Assembly: GCA_043228905.1 (NCBI GenBank)
Contig: JBHGNT010000015.1
Span: 930,001 to 994,000, forward strand
Source of the DNA: Azolla caroliniana
Taxonomy: Eukaryota > Plantae > Polypodiophyta
DNA: 64,000 bases
Direction of reading: 5' to 3'
The notes beneath the pieces are model-generated. The model saw only the letters and a list, made by a program, of their open reading frames with translations, made no database searches and was not told the DNA's origin. The position numbers and the translations under genes are program-made. How positions within the stretch are numbered: position 1 is the stretch's first letter; each line of letters begins with the position of its first letter. This document shows positions 10,649 to 22,531 of the stretch, piece after piece.

Positions 10649-13600
10649 TGATCTCTGTCTTTGTTTTTGCGCATTTTCTTCCTCATATGATATTTATATG
10701 CTCTATACAGATGCACACATACACAAGCACTCTACATACATACGGTGACATCTACCAGTCCGTTTTGATTTTACATGAGACCTCATTTCCAAATCCCACC
10801 TTTCCTCTTGCTTTCTCAGAAATTATGGAAAAGAATGGTGCCTTGCTGCTTGATCTTGCCAGAATTTATGGATAACTCATTTCCCTGTGATTTTTTTTCG
10901 CAGAATTTGTGTGGGAATCATGTATTTATATACATCATGCATGTAGATTCCTTATTGAAGACAATATCCTTTTAGTGTTAAGACCATTCTCTCGGCTTCC
11001 TGTAAAGGCGCCTTGTACCATGCTGTTTGATTTTTTCAGAATTCATGGAAAACTCATACCTTACGATTTGTTTGATTTAGAATTTTCAGATTATTCGATA
11101 GGAATCCTGTATATATACAATATGCATAGCTTCCCTATTGAAAACAAGATGCTTTTATTGCTAAGAACAAGAACTTTTTACTGTTTGTTTGTTTGTTTGT
11201 GTGTATGTATGCGTGCATGCAAATGTAGTATGGTATCGCTTTCAGGAAAAACTGTATTCCATGTGTTTTCAGGCAGTGAATAATATCTGTGATATGATTG
11301 GTATCCTAGTTTTTCACCTATCAAGTCTCTTGTCTTGAATTAGAGTGCTGCCACTTCCACTGAGGATGGATACATGCTCAGTTGGCCGCGTATGACTGAT
11401 GGATGGTTCTATTCACATGAGTCATCTTGATAGTGATGTTGATCAGATTTTCATGTTTTGATGGTTCAATGATTTTCCATGGTGTTTTTTCTTTCAGTTT
11501 CCATGGGGTTTCCTTGAGAATAATATCTAAGATATCATTGTTTGCTCTTCCCCTCTCATTTGATGAATGACCTGCCTCGTCTCACTGTTGATATGAAATA
11601 AAAAACAGAGATAATGCGTTCTTAGAAGCTTATCTAATAGTTGACTTCACACAAGCTACAAAATTCTACATGCTACAGCTTGCAAACTCATAGTGGATAT
11701 CCTGCAATAAATGCTTTGAGAGATTAGATATAAACATCATCAGCTCTTTTAGATTTACCAGCAAATACTGTGTGATGAAAAACCTCGTCCATTCTCCGCA
11801 CGAGCTCAATGATTGACCACACATATGCAAAGGTTTCATTGCCCCATGTTGCTTTTTGATTCACAGATAAACGCTTTTCCAAAGGAAAGTCAATTCTTCT
11901 TATAAGTTCAATGATGAATCACACCGGTGCATGTGTTGATTTCTGATGCTCAGATAAAGCCTTGTGCAAAGGAAAGTAAATAACACAATGTAAAAGAATC
12001 ACTTGTCTACACTTGTAGATTTTGTCAGAGAGAACTCGATACATGAAATAGAAGAAGATGGTTGTTGTTTAATGAAGTTGCTGATCCAAATTATGGTCAA
12101 TATAAATGAGAGGCTAAGGCTTCTATCGTTCTCTTTTAAAGATCACTATCTGGTGAGCGCACGGTTGGAAGGTTAAAGCTATCAAAGGCTTTGACCATTC
12201 CAGAGGGTACAACCGTGCTGGATGCCTGCCGCCGTATGGAAACACGCCGAGTAGATGCTGCACTTCTGACAGATGCAAGGGCATTGTTGAGTGGAATTAT
12301 AACAGATAAGGTATTGATCACACCGATTCAACTATTGTGTTTTCTCTGACTACCTGCAGTAACCATGGTTGAGATGATGCAGGATTTGGTGACAAGGGTA
12401 ATTGCAGAAGGGTTGAAGCCTGAAGAGACCATAGTTTCTAAAGTCATGACAAGGAATCCACTATTTGTCACAAGTGAGACATTGGCTGTGGACGCATTGC
12501 AGAAGATGGTTCAAGGTGATATGCAATTTCAAACAGCTCTCGTTTTCTGCAACATAAAGTACCTGTTGTAAATTTTCATTCTTTAACTTTCCAGGAAAAT
12601 TCCGACACCTTCCTGTGGTCGAAAATGGTGAAGTTATTGCACTTCTAGATATTACCAAGTGTTTGTATGATGCTATTGCTAGAATGGAAAAAGCAGCTGA
12701 AAAAGGGGATGCCATAGCTGCAGCAGTGCAAGGTGTAGAAAGAGAATGGGGTAATACTGCTTCTGGTGAGTAAATAAGGTTACAAATTATCAGGGTACAG
12801 TGTAATTCCTGGGATACAATTGTCACTTTACATTTTTTTTCTGTAATGTATCCTAGCATCCACAAACTTCATAGGTGTACTTCGTGAGAAGATGTTCCGT
12901 CCTTCATTAGGATCAATAATAACCGAAAACACAAAGTAAGTAGATGCACTCTATGGAAATGGAAGGTAATGGTGCTGGATTTCTGGTAAAGGTTACACAC
13001 TAATAGGAGTAGTTGGTGCAGAGTAGCAACTGTGCTTCCTTCTGAAACAGTTTATGCTGCTACGAAGAAAATGCAGGAACTTCGAGTCAGCTCAGTGATT
13101 ATAACAAGTAACAACAAGCCTCAAGGAATCCTCACGTAATGTTTGAAATTTGTGTTTTCAAAATGTCAAATTTAGACCTCTTGTGCGACTCTTTACCCCA
13201 ACCCTCAAACACTTTTGGCCTCAAATGTTAAATAAAATATAATATGGTCTCAGGCCCAAGGATGTTTTAATGCGGGTGATTGCTCAAAAAATTGCACCAG
13301 AGTCCACATCTGTTGAGAAGGTATGCATTTTTTATCAAGTTCTGCTTTCTTGGCAAGTATTTGTTAGAATTATGGCCATCCATTCTATATTTTGGAGAAC
13401 TTTTCTTTCTATATTTTTCTGAGTTATTTACCTTGGTCTGTAATTAACATTAAAAAAAGAAGCCATAATACTAGCGTATTTACATTAACTTCAATTACTG
13501 AAAAACAAAATGTCCAACAATTTAAGAAAATAGCTATAAGTCTGTGTCTTTCAGTTGATCATAACAGTCACAATGCTCTTCTTGTTCCAGGTTATGACTG

Positions 13601-15254
13601 CAAATCCAGAGTGTGCCACAATTGATACCACCATTCTCGATGCTCTCCACATCATGCATGATGGGAAGTTCCTTCATTTACCTGTCACAGATCGAGGTCA
13701 AGTTCCTGGATAGTTTAACGCAAACAAGTGTTGTTTGGCTCTTTGCTCAACTTTCTTATCTGGTGTATGGCTACAGGAGGTTGCATCATAGCTTGTCTAG
13801 ATGTTATACAATTGACGCACGCTGCAGTTGCTATGGTTATTCCAGTTTTCTATGACTTCTTATCTTACATCTTTCCACTTTTTGTAAATCTAGACACTGG
13901 CATGAGTGGACTTTCTGTGCATATCTGATGTAGGTTGGCAAAGTTGAGGGCAATACTGATCTGACAACCACAATGCAGAGATTTTGGGATTCCGCTTTTG
14001 CAGCAGACCCTGTTGAAGATGAGGATGACAGTCACAGGTTTGAGTTTTTCGCTCAAGTCATAAAAGGCAATAATTAGGAATTGAATATGGTTGTTCTAAT
14101 GGTTTTATTTCGTTATTTGTGTGAACTATTTTAACAGTGATATCTCAGTATCAAGGTCAGTGGCTGAAAGTGTCATTCCTGATCACCTGAAATATCCAAC
14201 ATTAGGTTTGGTAAGCTCCTTTGTATTTAAACTTGAGGATTCGAAGGGTCGCGTTCATCGTTTCAATTGTGGTATGTCACATTTTGAGTGGCCTTTGCTT
14301 GCAATACCTTTTGACTTTGACTCAAAATTTAACATGGATGCCTGAAAATTCAGGAACAGAGAGCCTGACAGAATTATTGTCTACAATAGCACAGCGGCTT
14401 GGTGCTGATTTTGATATCAGTAAATTACCACAACAGATAAGGGTAATTTTCCATTCCCATGATTCATTTGCATGTTCTCTAAATTTATTAAGTGATGTAT
14501 TGTCACACATTAACATTGGCATGCAGTATGAAGATGATGAAGGTGATCTCGTGATTTTAGCTACCGACAACGATCTTGTAAACGCTATAAATTGTGCAAA
14601 ATCATCAGGCTTAAAGGTAAGACGTTTCCATGCTCCACTAGTTGTCATAGATTGGTGTGTTATAAATAATGCAAAATCGTCAAGCACAACGGTATGATGT
14701 TTCCATGCTCCATTAATCGCCATAGACCGGTGTCCTTTCAACCTGCCTAATGGCTGGACCTGATTATATGTTGAAATAGTTTTCATGAAATAATTTAAGG
14801 TGATTGATTACCTGCAAGAACACTTCTGAACCGTAAAGCATATTTATCAATTAGCTTAGGTTTCAGTAAAAGATCAGTGGTTCTTCCAATCCTAGTAGTT
14901 AATATATATGCACAAAAGGACTAGTCAGTTTCTCAAGTTTGGGGGCAATTTGAGCCTTTGAAAGCAGGATTATATTATTCCTTATTTGGCTAATTTGCAA
15001 TGTCGTAACATAATGTGTTTAAAACTGATGCTGTGCAGGTTCTGAAGCTGCGTTTAGACTACCCACAAGCCGTGGCAATAAAGGATGCTCCTTTAGAACA
15101 TGAAAGTGAGAAAAAGGTCACACATAGAGGTTCGCAGATGGACCTGGAAAGCCAACAGAACTGGGGATCATCCACCTACACAGCTGCCGTAGCTGGAGCT
15201 GCAGTAGTGGTTGGGATAAGCATGCTCATGTTCTTAAAACGGCCAAACACATAG
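10420..15254 (+). CDS. CBSCBSPB3: CBS domain-containing protein of the CBS-CBS-PB1 family with C-terminal transmembrane anchor (CBSCBSPB3-like), multi-exon
   Basis: Exons include 10420-10583, 12142-12310, 12383-12515, 12595-12765 ... 15039-15254. Motifs: GERTVGRLKLSKALTIPEGTTVLDACRRM, KVMTRNPLFV..ALQKMVQG/KFRHLPVVENGEVIALLDITKCLYDAI, PB1 FKLEDSKGRVHRF and YEDDEGDLVILATDNDL, TM AVAGAAVVVGISMLMFLKR. Confidence 0.92.
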
Positions 15255-17865
15255 ACTTGTGTGGAATATAGATGTTAAGTGTGTTGATAGATGAAAAGCA
15301 TGTAACACAGTGTGCTTTATGCGGAAACGGAGAGCGCTTTGATACAATGCAAAAGATCACAAAGTCAAACCCAGCCTTGGTAAAATCCAGTTCCGGACTT
15401 TTTACATGCCTAATTTATGGGGCTTTCATTAAGCCCCCTTGAGATTTTGATATATGTTGGAAATTACATTTGATTCATGAATGAATCCCCAAGAATGGCA
15501 TTTACAAAAATGTCATCTGAAAGATAGTATTACGATTATGTGTATGTGTAGATACATATATATTTATCTATAGGAATATACATTCATACATGCACACACA
15601 CACATGTGATCATCTGTACAGCATGGCTTGCATGCCAGCTTTGGAAATTATTATTTCCCTGTAGCACTTGGCTGTCTCATTGTCTGCTTTATAAGTAATT
15701 GACATATTAAAAAATAAATGAAGATCAAAATAATATATGTACATATATGGTCATCTGTATAGACAGGCTTGTATGCCTGCTTTGAAAACTATTTGCCTTG
15801 CAATTGGCCTTTTAAGAGTATTTTACATTTTAAGAAATAAATCAAGGTAAAAAAAGACAAATACATCTATTCTTCAATACTGGGCGTTTTATACATTTTT
15901 GTTCATGTTTAGAACCAGCCCTAGAATATGCCCATGGTGTTTGATCTATTGCTGGTAAGTTCTTGCATATTATTTTGTCATTGAAGTTTCAGTGATTCCC
16001 ATGATCATCTTTATCAGCAAAACCAGTTGCTTTCTTCACTTAAAGATTTCTATATTATTTGTGAACTACTTTTTCCCAAAACTCGCCTTCTTAATATAGA
16101 GATTCTTCTACATTTTGCTTTTGAGTACCTTCCCCTAAAACATTTTGATATTTGTTAGTTGGGTGCTTTGATTTAGAAAAAGAAAATGGTAAAGCTGGTT
16201 TTTGTAACATATCATGTAAAAGTCAAAATGATGAGCTTCTTTGAATAATGAAAAGTGATATGATCGAACAACATAGGCACAAAGAAAGACTTATTTGAAA
16301 CGCCTAGATAGAGTTATTTGAGTGAGGGATAGCTAATAATGAACACGAGTCTTTGATGTGGGTTGTATTATCACAAATTTGGATGACATTGACTCGGAAA
16401 TTTGTCACATCTTCCGTGGACCTCAAAACAGTTTCTTTTATGTTGGATGGTCTTACGACATTTTAGAGGGTTCGCCTTGCTATAAGGACAACAGTGGTGT
16501 TTTTTGTTGTCATATTCTTTTCTTATATACACTACTTTGTGGGAAAATGGAGAGACGTCCAACTCAAGATGGCTATTGTAGATACTCCCAAGGTATTTAG
16601 TACACAACCAAAAAAGGGGTGGTAGGGACAAGTCTAATTAAGGCATGGATCTTGTCATAAGGATATGAATTAATGTGTAAGTAGAGTACCTTGAAAACAA
16701 AGGTCATAATTGTACTAAGAAAAAGATTTAACAGGGCTAGGAAGAAACCATTTTAGAGGTACATACTAAAAGAATGAAAAATGGTGTTTAAGTGAATGTG
16801 GGATCATTGGGGCATAAGAAGAAAACAAATGGGGGAATATTGAGGTGTAAGCATGGAAGTCAAAGCGGAATATAAAAGTGCATGAAGAGAACTTCAGGGA
16901 GGAAAATAGAGGTGTAAGTTCAAAACAAGTGAGTAAGAAGGTACATCCAAGTGGATATCTTCTTAAAGCAATACGGGATTCTAAAAGCAATTCAGGAGAA
17001 AAAGATGTGGATGGCCTCATGTTTGAAGCCCATTATAGAAGTGTTGTTAAAGATGAATGCCTCCCCTAAAAACACTTTCACCTAATATATAGAGGTTGAG
17101 CTCTCTATGAGATAACATTTCAAAATGCATCAATTTGTGCTCTACAAACATTAACTAAGTCACTAGAATCACTAGGGCGTTCGTGTAATTATAAATGGTT
17201 CTCTATGATTATTTGACAATATTGTATAAGACAAGACATTAAATGCATGCCATAATGTGATGCATTGCCCCTTATATAAGAAAAGAGAACACTAAAACCT
17301 ATCATGTATGGAGTTGCTTTTTACATTTATCACCGACGTGCATTTTACATTTGTCACAGATGTGTGTTGTTATAGATCGACAAGTAGATTGGAAGCTATA
17401 CTCTGAGAGTATGTGATATTATTTTGGCTTTACAAGCCAATGTTGTCACTACTAAAAAGCACATTGTTTCAACTTTTCCACTCTAGTGCTCGTGATCTAA
17501 ACAATGCCCAAGTAGTAACCCCCAACATAACAACCATGTCCTTTTTTAAGAATGGACATATCCTAAGGGGAACTACCTCGATGCAACACATAGAAAGCCA
17601 AACTCAATGTAGGAAGTTGCATCAACCATCGGAGTTAAATGCAGGTTAGGGTGGGTACAAGTCCCATGGGACTTGCTTCGGTTCCATGCCAATGCGACAT
17701 ATGAGCAAGGGAATCCTAACCCTAACCCTAACCCCTTGTGCACAAAACTAATGAACACTTCGAGAGGAAATGCTCTCAAAACCACGGTGCAAGGAACAAT
17801 AGTGGGCGGTTGACGGCCAAGCCACGTACCATTTCGAGGAAATGAAGAAAGGTTCTTTCTCTCTC

Positions 17866-17915
<50 letters not shown>

Positions 17916-18337
17916 TGTATGCCTTTCTTCATTATTTCCTTCATCTTTTATTGCGATTGTTCGAATGAATCCCTCATAATACTACCCTCCCAAAACTTCA
18001 TAGTTCATCCTTAATAATAAGAATAATATAGTTTTTAGAAAATAATAATATTATTATCCTAAATAACAATAATAATAGTCCTAAATAATAATAATAATCC
18101 TAAATAATAGTACTAATATCCTAAATATTTATTTTTATTTAATAACAATAATCCTAAATACTAGTATTAATACCCTAAAAAAATTATTTTTATTTTTATT
18201 TTTATTTTTTATTAGTATTATTTATTGTTACTACAGTGTGGTCTTTTTAGTTCATTTTTGAAGTTTTGTCTCAGCTTGTCTTTTTCTGTGCGCGGAAAGA
18301 AAGAACTGAAGAAGAATCCATCGCCATCGCCATCGCC

Positions 18338-20449
18338 ATGGATTTCCCTACGGATCATCAGAACTCGATCACGTCTTCTTCGTCTTCTTCGCAGGCAAGG
18401 CGCGGCTTGACATACAGTCTTCCCTCCTTTATTTCCTTCCTCTCACTTCATCGAGTGAAAGAAAAAAAACCAAAGAAACAAAAACGCTGTGACCTTTACC
18501 CTCATCTTTCTTCCGTTCCCCCCATGGTTCTCTTGTCCAACTGCATCTCTGATCCTTTCTTGATGTTTTAGCTAGTGATGAACCGTTTCTAATTAATTTC
18601 ACTGTTTTTACTGTTAGTTAATTCTCTCATTTCTCTGAGTCGAATTTCTCTTGCCCCTCCTATTAATTCACTCCCATATCCTCTTCTACTTTCTTGCATT
18701 TTCTTGATTACGATCCCTGGATCAATTCCCTCGTTGTGAACTCCTTTTCCATGAGTCTACTGTGTGAATGATTACTCCAACACGGACTTGTAACTTCTTG
18801 TAGACTGTCTTTTCATTTTCTTGTTTGCATAGCTGCATTGTTGAACTGCAAAAATGAATGATGAAGGGCATGGCGTTACTCGTGACTCCGTGAATGTTTT
18901 CTTGATCTTGTTTTACAATATGATGGTGATGATGAGGAATGTCGTTTTCTTTGTATGGCAGGATGCCGACTTTGGCAATGTGTGTATCACTAGATTACGA
19001 TCTGTATCTGGCCCGCAGCCATCCACACTGGGTGCTGAATTCGTGCAAGAACGGCAGCATTGTGCGTTCCATCATGTCAACCTAAAGAAGAGATTTCCAT
19101 TATTGAGGTCAGGAAGCTTTGATAAAGATAATGGTAATGACGACTCTACAAGAAGCAGCGATGCCATAGAATCCATGAAGCATAATTATTTGAAGACAAC
19201 AATTAAAGACGCAACGCAACCAGCGCGTAGGGAGATCAGCTTTCCTCATTCCAAACGCACAGACTTTGGTCGAAGTAGAGGGATGAAACTGTCAGGAGTG
19301 ACACATACAAATCGTGAAGAAGCGGAAAAGATGCTATTAGCGTCAATGGCAGATCCATCAAGAATCTCATCTGATTCCTCATGTCTACCTGTTAGCCAGA
19401 GCCAGACGGAGAACGGTTCTAAATGTAAAACTTACTCGCTAGACATAGCTGAAGAAAGAGAAAAACTAAAGAAAGATTTATTTATTACAAGCAAGAATCT
19501 GCAGAATAAAGAGGACCAACTTGTGAAGCTCGATCCAAAACTTGGGAGTCAATTTGAGCGTCTTGTAAGTGCAATCGATAGTGTGACAAATCAGATGAAG
19601 ATAGAATTCGGTGGATTGAACGAAAGGATAGATTGCTTACAAAGAAGTCTTGAAGCAAACCATGGATCGGGATGGAAAAGCTTCATCGAGCGTCTACATC
19701 ATCAAAGAATAGTTTCACCAAATGGATCGTGTCCATTAACAAACAAGTCGTTAACTCCAGCTCCATCCACATATTCACATCCGCTCCAGGGAGCGATAGA
19801 AACAGCAAGAGCAAATATTGGATTGTTATCAGGACTCTTGATTGTGGAGAAAGATGCGAATCTGATGCATGGGAGGGATTTTCAAGACAGGCATGCGATG
19901 CTGCTGAGGATGATGAAGCCGTATGTGGATAAACCCGTTTTTCTGCAGTTCTGGCATATGAAGCATGGTGTGGATCACTGCGTTGCTTCCGTGCTATTGA
20001 AGACCTCGCATATTTTAGCTCGAACTATCAATAACAGCTTAGAAGTTCCCACCAAAGCTTCCACTACAACACAAGGAGAGGCTGATCAGTTCAATAAGCT
20101 CTGCAAAAGAGGTGCAAAAGGATTGGAAGAGTTTGCAGAGTGGCCAGAGGCGAAGTGGTCCGAACACTTGAAGCGAGAATTTATACGGTCTTGCAAAGCT
20201 GTTTGGCAGCTTCAGAGAATGGTGGCTTCCTCAAAGCTCCTTCATGAGGTCGAGATTCTTCATCCTGGTCCTGGTTCAAAGATTGATGAGATCACCATGG
20301 ATCCTTTGGAACGTTGTATGATCTCATCAAGCCGTGACCGTTTTCAGCCTGTGGTGCAGTTTACTGTGTTCCCTGGATTCAAGATAGACGGCTCTGTAGT
20401 CTATAAATCTCAGGTATATCTTCAGCCAAAGCGAGTTATACATTCGTAG
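18338..20449 (+). CDS. Coiled-coil protein with GIL1/IRKI (DUF641-family) type C-terminal domain; two exons
   Basis: Exon 1 is 18338-18394 (MDFPTDHQNSITSSSSSSQ) and exon 2 is 18962-20449, in phase 0. The C-terminus FIRSCKAVWQLQRMV..EILHPGPGSKIDEITMDP..VQFTVFPGFKIDGSVVYKSQVYL resembles the GIL1/IRKI consensus AKxVWLLH..IF.V..G..F...YME..VGFTV.PGF.IG..V.KC.VYL. Confidence 0.75.
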
Positions 20450-22531
20450 CTTTGTCCTGCTACTTCCGGAGGCATGGTATTGATGTTTGAAGAAAAAGCG
20501 GTTGAGAAACATGTCGTGAGCTGATGAATCTTGTATACGTGATGAAGATCATTCAAATCACCTGCACATCAATCTCGCGTGAGTCTTCCTGGAGCGAGGA
20601 GGGAGAGAGATTGAGAGAGAGTCTCCGCGAGATCCAACCATTTTTTTGAACGTTCACCCAAAACCAAACCAGAATGCCCTTCTTTCTCTCACTCTCGCAG
20701 AAAGCCACGTTTCCTTAATTGAACATATCTTGATTCTCATATATCAAGTGAAAAGTAATGACAGATAACTGTAGTGATGTACATGTCAGAAAGCATGGAG
20801 GTTCTTCTTTAATTCAATAAATGCTAGGATATACTGTTATACATATGTGTGTCTCATTTGCAGAAAGCGTGTTTTTTTCTTGGAACGTTGTCCCAATGAT
20901 GGCACTATGACTAACTGACCACTACCAGGAAAGCTTTTGTCACTGATCTTTTCGGTTTGAGATGAATGTAAAACACACAGACAAACAGACAGACAGAAAG
21001 GAAGGGGATTCAGAGACAGTGAAGGAAATAAAGACGAATGCGGGGGCCATTGGATTGGATCTCCATTTTCCAAACTCTTTGAAACTTGTCATGTAATTAA
21101 TCACTAGGGCATTCTTGCATCCATACACATATTCCTTTTTTTTAATAGGGCTCCAAATGAAGCAACCCCATAGGTGTCCCATCATTTATTTGGTTAAAGA
21201 AGTTCCGTCATTTATTGTGTAGCATATAACGTCTTGATGTAAGCTGCTTTGTATGAAACCGCTTTTCTTTGAAGTTAAAGTCAGAAACTAATATGTACTT
21301 TCTCAAAACATTGAATTATGTTATGGCTGCCCTCTTGAACTCAACAATGATACATGTCGTTAAGGCAGCTCTAGAAAAAGTAGCCAATTATGAAGGAACC
21401 CCATTTAGCATTCACTATCAAGGCATTAGTCCTTCCATATGTGGAAGGTTCAGATGGACCCAATATTGTATTGCACTCTAAGCATAGAAGCAAAAATCTT
21501 CATTCAACCAACTATAAATTACAAATGTGTCATCATTTTTGTCTTCCTCATACCTTAACACCATAGATGTGTACAGAATAAATATGGAGTCCACAACTTT
21601 AAAAAGTTGTGGAACCTTGATGTCATAAATGAATGTTAACAAACATAAAATTTTGACCCACTAAGTTAAGCTTTCATTTTGTTTGTGGAATTGGAATGAG
21701 CACAAAGCAAGTTATAAAATAGAGTAAGACCAAGAGATTATAACAAATCTTGTGGAATGAGCTAGGCAAATAACATGTTTGTTTGGGTCCTAAAATTGGT
21801 AAATTGAAATTCAGTTGTCAACTGTTTTCAATGTGGGGCTTATTCATTTATACAAGGGAAATGCACCCTAATGCAATCTTGGAATAGATAACTGTATTGT
21901 TGTAATCATAAATTAGACATGTTTGCAAATTGTGTTTTTCCTATAATTCACAACAGAAAAGTTTTAATGTTAATAAACGACATCAAATGTACATGGTATT
22001 TGCCATTGTAATATAAGCTTCAACACATATGCATGATTGTCACATAATTTGACTTATAGTCTTCATTGTTAAGATATCTCAGTACCAAAATGCCTCAAAA
22101 AAGTTTGTGTCACTTGAAACTCACAAATATGACACCTGGTATTATGCTTTGGATGTTCTTAATGTTCTTAATGCCAAATATGCTTAACATCTCCAAATCT
22201 AAGTTTATCATGTTGAATGTCAGCCAACCATGTATTCATCTCCAGATCTAAGTTCAGGAAAAATATAACAGAATCTTTAGAGCATATCATTAATTTCTGC
22301 TGGCTTTGAGGAACCTGTAAACATTAGCATTGGAACGTATAAAGAATCTCCACATCTAGAAATTGTTGACAAATGGTATGTACAGAAATTCAACTCTAAT
22401 GTTTTCCTCATCAAATAAATGAATTATCTACTCAAATCACCATGTTTTCTGAGCTAATTTTGCAGTCACTGCCGACCAAGTGGCAGCGATTTCCAACAAG
22501 TAAAAACGCTCCCGCAATAAAAAATTACACC

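Noticed and set aside
16200-17100. Short ORFs between the CBS gene and the GIL1-like gene
   Set aside because: No recognisable domain or coherent exon chain; probably old repeat debris.
18854-18961. ATG at 18854 as the start of the 531-aa ORF
   Set aside because: The first 36 codons are T-rich and end in a good CAG acceptor, so they are better explained as intron.
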